Origin: Moniliella sp. 'wahieum'
Lineage: Eukaryota
DNA length: 64,000 nt
Direction: 5' to 3'
Assembly (NCBI GenBank): GCA_003971905.1
Contig: RSEE01000046.1
Coordinates: forward strand, 372,001 to 436,000
The translations under genes were made by a program, and so were the position numbers. Positions 35,952-48,152 of the stretch are shown piece by piece (within the stretch, counting starts at the first letter, position 1; the number at the start of each line of letters is the position of its first letter). A model generated the notes under the pieces. That model did not search any database. It was not told the origin of the DNA and worked only from the letters and a program-made list of their open reading frames with translations.

Positions 35952-37254
35952 TGTCGGTTGCTACCACAGTTGCCACCACAGGCCTTGCTGCGCTCAACAA
36001 GTCCCGCTCCCATCATCCAGCTCCTGACCCCACATCCAATCAACAACCAACCCCAATCCATCGCACTCGACCAATCCCAATTCCTTGCCCCCGGCGGCAG
36101 CCTCGATCCCCCCGCCTCGCACGCGGCTTCTAAATCACCACCAGATCCCAAGGCGAGAGCATTGGAGAAACAACTGCGTCTCTGTCGTTCGCTCGGACAA
36201 CAGATGGGACCGGACTACCACATTGTCAAAGCGATTGGTGAAGGAGCCTATGGTTCGGTTGTCGCAGCCAAGCACCTTCCCACGGGCACCAGCGTGGCGA
36301 TCAAGAGTGTTCATCCTTTTACCAATCGCTTGATGGCGATTCGAACGTTGCGGGAGATCCAGTTACTTCGGTACTTTCAAGAGCAAGATGCGTGCCAGCA
36401 CATTGTGGCCTTGTTGGATGTAGCGCATGCGCCGAGTTACAAGCAATTTGACCAGATCTGTTTGGTGCAGGAGCTAATGGAGACAGACTTGAACCGGGTG
36501 CTGCGCTCCCAGTCGGTAACGGAAGAACATGCGGCCTACTTTACCTGGCAAGTGCTTTGTGCGCTCAAGGTGTTGCACAGTGCCGATGTGCTGCACCGCG
36601 ACCTCAAACCGTCCAATTTGCTCATCAACTCCAACTGCGATCTGAAAATGTGCGACTTTGGTCTCTCACGTTCCGTCTTGACGGCCGACAATATTGATCA
36701 AGCCACCGGGGTGGGCTTCATGTCAGAGTACGTCGCCACGCGGTGGTACCGTGCGCCAGAGATTATGCTCACGTTCCGACAATACACCAAGGCGATCGAT
36801 ATGTGGGCGGTGGGGGCCATTTTGGCTGAGATCTTGTTGGGTCGTCCGCTCTTCCCTGGGCGTGACTACCACAACCAAATGTCCTTGACGCTCAATGTGA
36901 TTGGTACGCCCAAGATCCAGGAAATGATCCCGATCAAGTCGCGTCGCAGTCGCGAGTACTTGATCAGTTTGCCCATTCGGCCCCGGGCCAAGTTTTCCAA
37001 ACTGTTCCCCACCGCGTCGCCGGAGGCCCTGGACTTTTTGGAACGCACCCTCCAATTTGATCCTGAAAAGCGTCTGACCGTGGAGGAGGCGTTGAGTCAT
37101 CCTTCGTTCATGGCTACCGTACCGAAACGTCCGAAGTCACTGTTCCTTCCTGCCCCAACAGTTCTTTTACCTCGACCTAAAGAAGGATGTGCACACAGAG
37201 GAAGTACGACAAGAGCTGTGGAACCAAGTGGCGTCGTACCCCCGGGTGTTATAG
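35952..37254 (+). CDS. Fus3/Kss1-type MAP kinase with atypical S-E-Y activation loop
   Basis: GEGAYG, VAIK, RTLREIQLL, QELMETDL, HRDLKPSNLLINSNCDLKMCDFG, FMSEYVATRWYRAPEIML, YTKAIDMWAVG, PLFPGRDYH. C-terminus ...EEVRQELWNQVASYPRVL* after an indel. Intronless. Confidence 0.93.
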
Positions 37255-38054
37255 TCCTTCAAGTTATCTACTTTTTGTCCTCTACTCCACATCAGTTTTC
37301 TCTCCTCCAACTGGTCCAACATACGACTATATTTCATCGCTACCTTTGTCCCGCGCCAGTACGACCGCTCATTTTGCCTCTTCTCCTTGCAGTGGGCTTC
37401 AATTGTCTTGCCCTGTTACTTTTGCTGTCTGATCGGGCCCCTCTGCCATTGATCCGTGCATTGAAGGGCTACACACATTATCGCATGACCTCTTTCTTGA
37501 GAAACCCTTAGTAGGAAGATTTTAGTATAGGTCTTGGACGCATTGTTGTGAGAGGATGGGCTGTGGCCAAGTCGGGTGCGAGAGTCAGAAGAGGGTGACT
37601 GCGTTAAGACGCGAGAGGTTGATTGCAGTTCCCCCACGCAGCTATATACTCTTTTATGATTGGTTGCTCGATCCGGTCTATACAAGTGATATTATGCCTA
37701 CAGGATTTACCTCGTCCGCCGTCTTCTTCTGTCGGACGTAAACCCCCACAGGATCCGTGCGTCTTCAACGTACAAGCATCATTCAAATGGGTCATCATAA
37801 CCACGCTCGTGCTTCAAGCTTGCTGGTGCCTCGAGCCAGTCATCGTGGTTGAAGAGAGTGCGAGTGTGAAGGCGAACATGAGCGTGGCAGTTAAGCGACA
37901 GAGAGGTGAGTCTCGGTCCATGCGAGATAAAGTGGGCAGAGGTGCAATAAAAGATACAAGATATGTATAGTAGAAGCCAGCACAGAGGTGGGTCAGACGG
38001 TACCATGGTGCCAAACCCAACTGGAACGATTTTGGCGCCCCCAAACGGCTACAA

Positions 38055-40124
38055 TCATTGTGCCTTGGCCACGAGGGGGGGGAGCTGGATGGGCTGAACG
38101 GTAACGTGGACCACGAACGGGTCATCATCGTAGCTGTCGGCATCCTGGGGCTCTTGGGATGAGGAGCGGGTACATTTCTTTCCTGGGTTCAAAGAACCGG
38201 TATCGAGGTGGTGCAGATCGGGGGATGTGCTCCAGCGTTCTTCCCAGCAAGTGAGTTCGGCGTGGTGGTACTCGGCATAGACGGGGTCCGTGGGGGTGGC
38301 GGGTTCCAACCGACACTGGTCCAAGGTTTGCAAGTGGGATCGTTGTACATCACTCCGATCTGTTCCAGAGTCAAGTTGGACGTTTCGTACAACATCAGGT
38401 ACACCACCACCGCCGCCACCACATTGCACCCGGCAAAGACAAAGCAGTACGCAAACCCAATTTTCGACGTGATGGGCGCTGTGAAAAAGGCGAGCAAAAA
38501 ATTGATGATCCAATTGCTCATCGCTGCCAACGACGCCTGCTTGATCCGGATCCGCGCCGCACCCGTCTCACCACAGATCAACCACGCCCCAGGTGCCCAG
38601 GTGGCCGAATACCCCAACAGACCCATGCAAGCACTGACCAGGAGCAATGTACTGATCGGACGCGAGAGCTCCGACGAGCCCGCATCGTCCCTTTGGTCGC
38701 CCAGCTTGCCCGCCAACGCAAATACCAGCATCCACACTGCCGTCCACAAGCTTCCCAGAATCAACGGTCTTCTTCGTCCGAGAAACTCGAGAATGTAGAG
38801 CCCAGGAAGCTCGCAGACCATGCTCACCGCACCAAGGATTAGTTGGGACAAGAGGTGATCCACATGGTTTCCCAGCGGTCGGAAAATTTGCGCACCAAAG
38901 TAGCTGCAAGCAACACCATTCCTGCGTCAGTAGAGCCAGTAGAGCATGGATGAGGGGCGAGGGGCTAGGGAGGGAGGGAGTGGGTAGAAACAAGTGCGTA
39001 CAAAAAATAGTTTGCACCAGAGAGCTGTTGGAATAGCTGAGCAAGCACACACAGTGCGGTACCGCACCTTATTCTCTTTTCGGAAGCAATCCAGAAAGCC
39101 GGCTGGGGTATGACGCTCTTGGCGTGCGGTGGCCATGATCTCTTCCACTTCCATCTCGACGAGAGGGTGATGGGCAAGCGCCTGAAGGCCACGGGCGGGC
39201 AATCGTGGTACGCACTTGGTCTTCTTTCCCGTTCATTGCGCCAGCGTGGCGATTCGGGACAGAAGAACATACCGACAAACAGGGTGAGTGCAAAGAAGAG
39301 CGTGATCGAGACGGGGATGCGCCACGAGGCCGAACGATGGGTACTGCCCAGCTTGCCGCCCATCGCGCGCGCTGCAATGTCCACCGAAGCCGAGCAAGAT
39401 GCCAAACGAGATGAAGGTTTGGTAAAACGACACAAACCCACCTCTTCCTTCGCGTGGCACCACCTCGGACACGTAGGGGGTACAGTCGCCGACAGCGCAC
39501 CTACCCCCACGCCGGCAATAATGCGGCCCAGCATAAATTGCACCCAGGCCCATTGGCTGCTGGCCTGGATCACAATGCCAATGGCATTGATCACCGCATC
39601 GATCTGGATCGCTCGTCGTCGGCCGATCCAGTCGGCGAGAAACGAGGCACCCAAGGCTCCTAGCAGGCACCCAATCGACAGCCCGCTGACAAACAGCCCT
39701 TCGAGGTAGGGTGCCCAGGAAGGTACACACACGCTCCCTCCTACGCCGTCGGCGGTCCATGTGCAGTGCTTTCGGTCGGTGGCAAAGCGCAACAGGGCAT
39801 CGTTGTCGACGAGAATGCTGGCGGTGTAGCCCTGTGGTCATGCAGGTGGGGTCAGTACGGAAACAAAAACTAGAGTAGGGCGGAGGGGGGTTGCTCCACC
39901 GGTGGTTGTACACGAGAAAGGGAGAGGTTGCGACTCACGATATCGTATCCAAACAGCCCGCCTGTGTGGGGGGGGACGGAGGTGTTGGCGGGGACGACAA
40001 GGGTTAGGCAGATGGGCCCTGGCGAGGGGGCGGGGAGGGAGGGGGACGTACCGGCCATGCTGGCGACGAGGGTGGTGTAGATGGCCATCCAGCCCACGGG
40101 GTGGCCGCGGATGGTGAAGCCCAT
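38055..40124 (-). CDS. MFS sugar porter (hexose transporter family)
   Basis: GGLFGYDI, ADWIGRR, GRIIAGVGVG, WRIP, PESPRW, QLFQQLSGANYF, LGRRRPL, WAPGAWLICGE, YETSNLTLEQI. At least three introns. Confidence 0.93.
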
Positions 40125-40134
40125 TGTGGTGGAG

Positions 40135-40230
40135 ATGGGATGGGATGGGATGGGATGGGATGGGATGGGATGGGATGGGATGGGATGGTGGGATGGAGTG
40201 GAGTGGAGTGGAGTGGAGTGGAGTGGAGTG
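40135..40230. repeat. Compound microsatellite (GGGAT)n-(GGAGT)n in the transporter 5' leader
   Basis: Directly visible pentamer runs immediately upstream of the minus-strand ATG at 40124. Confidence 0.92.
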
Positions 40231-41764
40231 GCGCTGCCAGAAGAAGCGTGTGCGTTCGGGAGGATGTAGGCCTTAGGCCAGTCGGAGCGACCACTGCTTC
40301 TCCACAGTGGGGCGACTATATAACGGGTGGGGTTCTGCAGCCAAAGACAGCCTGCTCGGACAGCGGCGGCTAGGGTTGGGTCTTGTGGTCCGCTGCCTGC
40401 TGCCTGCTGCCTCTCGCCTACCCCAGACTTCCGGCGCGCATCACACACCACGCCACCAGCGCTGATCACCCATTCGTCCTCAGTTAACCTACCTAGTAAC
40501 TAACGTTAAAACCGGCCTCAGTCCGATCGCTGAGCCTCCGCTCCATTTCCCCCTTCCTTGGCGCGCTTCGCCACCCTGCCACCGTAGCACCCGTGAGGGG
40601 TTGGAAGGGACCCCATAGAACGCTACTCCACGTATCCTCGCCCCGTGACATATGTGCCCTATGCGTCTACATGACGCACACGTTGGGCCCCGCTTATATA
40701 GTCGCCCAAACCTAAACACCTATAAAAACGATAGGCACCTGTCTCCTGTGTACACGCACATATCGGACTTTTATTGGTACAGTGAGGAATATTGAATGGT
40801 TGTGGTCAAACGTTCGACGTTCAACATTCAACGTGTTCAACGTTGTTCAACCGACTTGCGCGCTGTAATAAGCGCTAATAAGCGTTCAAGCTTCAAGCTT
40901 CTCAAGCTTCACTATCCCCAAACGGTTAGCGCCCCCTGCCTTGAAGCTTGAAGCTCGACGTGACACATCATGGCGGTTTGAAGCTATTGGGGAAGGTGCG
41001 AGGATAATGCAGATGGAAGAGATCTGCGATCCGGAGAAGCGAGAGGGTCCGGGGGGCGAACATCGCTCGCCGCTCGTCGATCACCCCTACCAGAGAAAGG
41101 AGCAGAACAGGCAACTCGGAGCTCCGCAGCCAACGTGCAAATCCGAGGCACAGCAGCAGCTACCACACCCCACTCTGATGCTTGTTTGAGATCTGTAAGC
41201 CGAAGAAGAACCCCCTATTAACGTCTCGAACAGCGCGATCGCGCTTAGCAGAATGTAGGGACGCGAAAAAGCTTTCTCCTCTGAGCGGGGCGGGGGGCGG
41301 ACAAGTTCCGATCAAAGCTCTCTCCTTCTGTCCCCCTTCCTTAGTAGGCCCCTTTATAGTGTGCCGTCCCGCGTCCAATATATAGTGTTGCGTACCCGTC
41401 GGTGGTACATAGCTACGATTACGCATTATGCGTTACGCGTTACGACTGAGTCCTGACGGCCTGACCACGCTCATTGGTCTGGTAGGGATGACTTGGGGCC
41501 AGAGGGGCCGACTGTGGATGGGGATGCCGTAGGAGAACATGCAGGCCATCAGGAGCGGGCCACGGCGCTTCCAACAATGAGAAACATGGTATCGCATACA
41601 AAAGGGGAACGGTGGTACTGAGAAAAGGGGGGGGATCGCCCATTTAGCTTGGCTGGGCTTGGCTTGGCTTGGGTGGGCTTGGTTGAAAGTGTGGGGGTAC
41701 AGGTGCAGGCTCCCTAGTTACTAGCTCTCACGAGTCACTGCTTACTGCTCACTGGGCTTAGAGC

Positions 41765-44304
41765 TTACTTGGCCCGGTGAAACAGTTTGCGCTGAAACCG
41801 TTCATCGCGGGGGGGATGACAGTGAGTGTGGCCCGGCACGGGCGCGAGGGAACAGGTGGGGATGTTCTTGATCCACGCATCGCCCTCTTGTTCGCTCTCT
41901 TGTTCAGGCGGGAGGGACCTACTCTCGTGCCTGCGTGGCGGAGGCAGCGAAATACACTTCTGCGGGAAGGGCAGGGTGGAGGACCCGACGAGACCGCAAG
42001 GCAGCGCCGTTTGCGCCTCGCCCGGCGAGTAGGATAATGGCGACAAGGCATCCGCGTACCGTTTGCCCCGTAGCAACTCCCCCAGTGTGATTCGGTGCGG
42101 GGTCGATACACAACATGCGTCGTAACGCCCCCCGCGTCTCGGGCGGGCAGTGGCTGAAGATCGAGTCGGGGTTCAGCACTTCCAAGGCGTCAGGAGCAGG
42201 AGCCGAAGCAGAAGCAGGTGAGGGCGTAAAGGCAAGCGGTGCAATGGGAGCCGAAGGCGCACGAGCGCTAGTGGGAGACCATGTGGCCGTGGCCGTTGCG
42301 GAACGCAAGGGAGTGTGGGTTCGAGGAGACGGCGAGGTGGGCGCCTGTCCCCGCTCAACATGGGAGGTGGACAAGCGCCGCGGCCGGGCACGCGACCACT
42401 CGTAGCTGACACGCGGTCCGTCGCCATCGTGCCGGAAGGCCGAGGCAGGCAGGGTGGAGGAACGTGACTGACTCGATCCCCCCAACGCAGGTTGGGGACC
42501 TGCCAAGGGAGGTGCCGAGGCGCCCGTAAAGCCGGCCGGGGAGAGCGGTGGCGGCGCCGCTTGTACACCAACAAGCTCAGCTGGTGCCTTGGGGTTCAGT
42601 TCGTTGGCCCAGGCCAGCTCGGCATCCGCGTCGGGAGAAAGCACCACGGAGCGTACCGATAGTTGCGGGGACGTGGCACGGGTATCTGCCAACGTGGCTG
42701 CGTCCACTTCTGGTTCCTCCTCCTCCTCCTCCTCCTCCTCCTGTTCTTGCTCCCGTTCCAGTTCCTGTTCCTGTTCCTCTTCGTGCTCGCTTGACCCAGC
42801 GTGCATCGCGTCCTGCGACTCCAACACTGGAACCGAGGCGGACTCGAGCACGTGGTACCCGGCCTCGGAAGCGGACGGGATCTCTTCGGCAATTTCCGAT
42901 CCCGATGTGGACGGGCGAGCGGACCGGAGCGGGCGGCGGGAAGACCGGTGGGGCAGACGGTGGCCCGAGGGGGCAAAGGCGGCGCGCATCAAGCTGGCTG
43001 AAGACACGCCCGGGAGGTTGATGTACATGCTCGGACTTGCCTCGAGCGGTACCACACTCTGTGAGGCGTCGAGGAAGGTGGGGGAGATGGGGGAGGTGGG
43101 AGCGAGAGAGGCAAGAGGAGCAGGAGGGGGATCGACAAAGGGAAGGTACGGCTCCGGTGCAAGTTCAGTGAGCGGAATAGAGCCTTGGCTGGACGACAAG
43201 GGTTCCTGTACGGTGGTCAAGGTGGGCTCGGCATGGTGGGGATGGTGAACGTGCTTGGGAAGCTTGTGGTAGGACGTGTCGGTGTGGGAGCGAGTGGTAG
43301 GAGCAGTGGATGTGTAGGTGGATGGACTGGCGCTCCAGAGGGGCGGCGAGGCCATGCTCTGCACCGTAGGTGATCTTGGCATAAAGTCAAGGTCGACCGT
43401 GACAGGGCGTGGACGTGGGCGCGCCGCCAGACCGTCCGGCTGCTCCGACGGTCCATGGAGTAGCTCTGGATGTTCATGCACAAACAAGCGGTAGGACCGA
43501 TCGCGGCGCGTGTCGGGCAATTTCCAAGGGAAGCGACGGAGGTGCATGCACAGAAAGATGATGGCCAATCCCCACACGTCCGTCGCACGCGGATCGTAGG
43601 GGACTGGCTGAGCACCTCGGGGCCAAGTAAGGGTCGGAGCCGACAATGCCAGAGGCGGGCAAGGTGGTGGTGGAGCCCGGGGTGCGGAAGACGGTGGCCG
43701 TGCCAAAGTCAATGATCTTGACGACATTGTCCTGGGTCATGACGCAATTGTCGAGCTTGAGGTCGCGATGGGCCAGACCCAAGTTGTGCAGGTAGTCGAC
43801 ACCATCGACAATCTGACGGAAGATGCAGAACAGGTCGTCGTTGGACATCTTGCTGGCCATCACGACGGAAAACAGGTCGTAGGGCGCATACTCCAGCACC
43901 TCATAGTACTGCCCGGCATGGGTAAAGAGGTCGACGGTATGGATAATGTTGTGGTGATGGAGCGTGACGCCGACGCAAAACTCGGCCGTGATCTTTTTGA
44001 GGTAGTCGCGCTCGCTCTCGCCGTTGCGGAGGGGCCGGAAACTGCTTTGGCAAACACGCGATGGTCCTTGCGCTGCACGAGACGGACGGTGCCGCGCCGG
44101 CACCACTGCCAAGCACCTTGCCCCAGGAGCGGTACTGTTTGTAGGTCTGCGAGCTGACCCCGGCCGCGAGGGCGGGTGCGTCGCCTCGCCTGAAGGGGCG
44201 GGCGGAGGAGGGAGGACTTGGACAGACGGCTGCGAGGCCAGCGAAGATGCCCGACTTGGCGCGCTGGGGGGCTGGGCCCGCGGGGCGGGCGACGGAGTGG
44301 GCAT
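41765..44304 (-). CDS. HRK1: HAL/NPR-family Ser/Thr kinase, HRK1-like, with large C-lobe insertion
   Basis: [81 protein letters not shown], and a late [15 protein letters not shown]. Start could be 44524. Confidence 0.85.
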
Positions 44305-45493
44305 GGACGGGGGCCAGCAGCGGGAGAGGAAGGGTGGTGGCGGAGGAGGAGGGGTGGGGCTGTCTGTGTGTGTTTCTACCTGTGTGTCTGCCTGCTCGCC
44401 CTGCTCGCCTGCTCGCAGGCTGGGTTTGATGCCCAGGCTCAGCTACGTCCGATGACCGCGGCAGGCGGGCGGAGGCTGCTGTGGTTGGTTGGTCAGGGTG
44501 ATGAGGAGTTGGGAAAAGTGTCATGCGCGTTGCTCAGCCATCGGCGCCGCCTGCCCACACTGGCCCTGTGCCGCCTGCCGCTTCTTCTGGCCGCTGGCCT
44601 GTCGCCGTGCATCGCGAGGCTGCTCGGACTCTGGCCTGCGCCTCACGCGTCACGCCTCAGGAGGGCCACACCCTTGCCTCTGCGCTCCTCCTCCTCTGCG
44701 CCCCTCTGGCCCCTTCTGCGTCCTCTCTGCCCCCCGGCCCCACACGGGCAGCGCCCACACGGGCGCCATGCGTCTCATTTCCATCAGCCACCGCACCCAC
44801 ACCTGCCGGCAGCCAGCACAGTCACTAGTCACTTGTCACTTGTGCGTACGCGGGGCTCAGCAACTCAGCACTCGGCTGAGGCAGGCCATGCCCCCGCCCC
44901 GCCCTCACCCGCCGGCAGCACGCCCCGGTGCAGCATGGCCCATGCGAGGGGTGCCGCATGTGTGATGCGCTCCTGTCCCTGCGCCACCCGTTTTCCTTCC
45001 ACCTTGCCAGCGCCCGCGGACTCGGAGGGACGACGGGGTTAATCTTGGACATGAATCCAATCCACTCTTCAAGCTTCAAGCTTCACTGTGGATCCACGCA
45101 ATTTGTTTGCGTTTGCGTTCCATGCTCGCACACCCAGCCCGTTCGGCGCTCGGCGCTCGGCACGTCGGCAGGGACTTCCTTAGGCCTTCGCCTTATCATC
45201 ATCCATCCTCGACACTCCATCCCCCCTCGATCCTCGCTCGTTGGCCTGGTTGGTGCTCGGACTTGGCCGGACTTTTTGCGGGCTTTTGCACTTGGCCTGC
45301 TGGGGCGCACGGCGGCAAACGCCCCCAACGCCACAGTGCCTCCCTCATGCGACTATCACATGCATGTCACAAAGTCACAGGAGCGTTCCAGTGTGGGGGC
45401 AGGAGCATACGTAGCGCTGTGTAATTTCTGTAACGTAATTCGCGCCATTAATCATTTAATCATTCCTCCTGCGTAATGCGCAGTGCGTAATTA

Positions 45494-45520
45494 ACGCGTT
45501 ACGCGTAACGCGTCACGCGT
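45494..45520. repeat. Four ACGCGT (MluI/MCB-like) palindromes spaced by single nucleotides
   Basis: ACGCGT t ACGCGT a ACGCGT c ACGCGT, embedded in a GTAAC/TTAC-rich zone at about 45420-45690. Confidence 0.9.
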
Positions 45521-47030
45521 AACACATAACATACCGCGTAACTGGTACCTTGTAACTACAAAAGGCAAAAGGCCACAGTCGCAACTTGGCTCTTCTTTTT
45601 GTTGACGCGTGGCGCTTGAGTAACGCGGTAACACAGGTAACGCTGAACACGTTGTATTGTAACCTACCTTCATTTACCGGTTACCAGCCGACAACCTCCC
45701 TTCTCTGAGCCCTTGCCCGCACCGCGTTTTCTCACGTCCATCTCACAGGCAAGTCTCACCTCTCCCCTGCACGCATCATGTGGTTTGGTTGTACGCCCCC
45801 CACCCCTGTCAGTTCTCACAACTGTCAGATCTCAGATCAATCGTACAGTCAAACTCTTGTTTCCGCGAGGTTGCTAGGGATTGTTCTCGCAATCAAGACG
45901 TAATCAGTATTCGACAATCGATAATGGACTCAGTATTCATGTCCGTCTCTCACACATCTCATACATGATGATCACGCTCTTCTCGCCGTGCACATCATCA
46001 ACTTCTTCATGGCTTTGCGACGTGGGGCACCGAATGATTAACAATCCTGGCTCCCCAGCAGTCATGTCCCAAGGGCAGTTATATGCGCTATACTAGAAGG
46101 AAGACAGGAGCTGGGTTGAACTTCAGCGTTTCAATGTTAGGGATAGGGATGATACTCGCATAGGACCTGCATGTGGGAGAAGAGCAGGGTGGTCCAGGAG
46201 CTCATCGCAGGGGCAGGCCTTCCGACTCCCTGAATCATCATGCATCACATGGTCAGCAACTCACATCAACGGTCCTCGTTCCTCGTTCATGATGCCAATA
46301 TCTATCTTCAGGAAGAGCACAGGCGGTGGGTTCCCCGTGCGCGAAACGGCCACCACAAGGCACAACATCTCCGGCCAAATATGCCGAAATGGCAGGAGCA
46401 AGGGTATGTTAGAGACAAGGAGGATGCAGGATGACAGATCTGAATATAAGGGTGTCCTGGGGGGGGGAGTCGTAGTGTGGCCAGAGGGCGTATGCGCGTG
46501 TGTACGAACAAGCCACCATTTTCGCCGAAAAAGTTGCATTATTCCACCGAGGAGACTGTGAGATCAAACTTACAAGAATCAAGCGTGTGCGTGAATGAGA
46601 CCCATGGGGATCTGAGATCCGAGCGGAGAGCGTTTGAAGGGGAGAAGCTGCGAGCGCGCAGGATGCATGAGATCTCAATGTATGAGATCGAAGAGAAATA
46701 GCGTCAGGGATGGTCGATGGTGGCTTGGTATGTGTATCTTGAATCTTGAATAGGGGTTCAGGACGGTCAGGCTGAGGCGCTGAGGGGTATACCGTCAAAC
46801 ATTTTTCTCGTTGGTCCGCGTTGTTATTGCCGCACTCTTTAGTCTCCCTTGTCTGGGACGGGTATGGTAAGGCAGTGCGCCAGGACAGTCGGTGGGGGGG
46901 CACTTGCATGCCGGATGGAGCTACAATCTGCTCACCATTCCTCTACCTCTGCTCTCCAATTTGTGGGGCGGGAAGTGGCGAAAAGGAGGGAACTCGAACC
47001 AGTGGCATCATCTTCACCTTGTTCTTGCCC

Positions 47031-47699
47031 TTACTGCGGCTGATCCAGTGGCCCTGGCTCTGCATCGTCATTGGAGAGGGGCACGGGGAGAACGTGGGAC
47101 GGGCCTTTTTGTTGCCCCACTTCCATGGCACCAGCACTGCTTCCTATCCCATCCGTTTGGAAAGCCTGCGTTGCAGGAGAGAGGCCGAGAGTGGGAGGGG
47201 AACCGATGGGCAGACCATGATGATTCAATACCTGACACGCCTTGTAAGCCAGGTCAGGGTTATCTGCTGCGCTCTGCGCTGTGTGCTGGAAGAGTCGGAT
47301 CTGGTCTGGGCTCAGGATCAGTTCGTGGTTTTGGATAGGGAAAAGGAGGGCGCAGGGGGTGCACATGGTTGGGCCTGCATGCCTGTAGTGTATCTCTTGC
47401 TGTACGGACGAAGAAGGGGTGGGAAAGAGACGTGCGAGGTTACGCTGCTCCTCGCGGTCGTGCGGCGTCACGTGGCTTAGGCGGCCAGCACCAAAGATGA
47501 CATACGAGTCGTCCGTCGCCGACTTGTACACTTCTGGCCGCTCAATCACCCAGGACGGCCCGAGACTGCGGCGCATGCTGACGCGTTGCACCCCGGGCAC
47601 GCGAACGAGGCCGAGGCCGTGCAAGGCAGCGCGCACACGCCCCTCCGCTTTGGTGTTGGGCGATGCGATGGGAGGGGAAGGAGGGGAGGGAGCCGACAT
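47031..47699 (-). CDS. Divergent NAC-domain protein (nascent polypeptide-associated complex alpha-like paralogue)
   Basis: KAEGRVRAALHGLGLVRVPGVQRVSMRR..SWVIERPEVYKSATDDSYVIFG matches the NAC-alpha domain pattern. The C-terminal part is not a recognisable UBA, and the 3' end may extend further. Confidence 0.75.
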   Translation of the reverse strand: MSAPSPPSPPIASPNTKAEGRVRAALHGLGLVRVPGVQRVSMRRSLGPSWVIERPEVYKSATDDSYVIFGAGRLSHVTPHDREEQRNLARLFPTPSSSVQQEIHYRHAGPTMCTPCALLFPIQNHELILSPDQIRLFQHTAQSAADNPDLAYKACQVLNHHGLPIGSPPTLGLSPATQAFQTDGIGSSAGAMEVGQQKGPSHVLPVPLSNDDAEPGPLDQPQ

Positions 47700-48152
47700 T
47701 TTGGTAAGGCGAGGGGCGTTGACAAGGGACGGCTGAGGTGGTGTTTTGAGGCGGGGTGTGGGGGCAAGTAGGTGGGGGGTGCGGGCGGGGTGTGGGGGTT
47801 TGCCTTTTCCCGCGGTGCCCACACTGTTTCTTATCCAACCCCGCTGTCCGCCACCGTATGGTAGACTGTGTGGGAGTGGCACCGACGCCCAACAAGCATA
47901 CGCCCCAAGGTAGTACTCACTGTGCGTCGGTGCAACTGCACGGGGTGCTGGTCCCCACTGCGTGCAGTTCCACAAACTGAACATTTTCGTCTCGGATTCC
48001 CGCTTGGGTTGATCAATGATGCATGATGATCGGTGATCGACGAATGGACCTGCGCGTGGGGCGGAATGCCGCGGGCGGAATGGGGCGCTCGGCACCCGGC
48101 GTCCTGATGAGGGCAGAACAACTGGTGCTCCACCATCGGAGCTGGTCTGGCC

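Noticed and set aside
35952..40124. Mating-type locus around the MAPK
   Set aside because: No pheromone receptor, homeodomain gene or short CaaX-ending pheromone ORF was found in the window.
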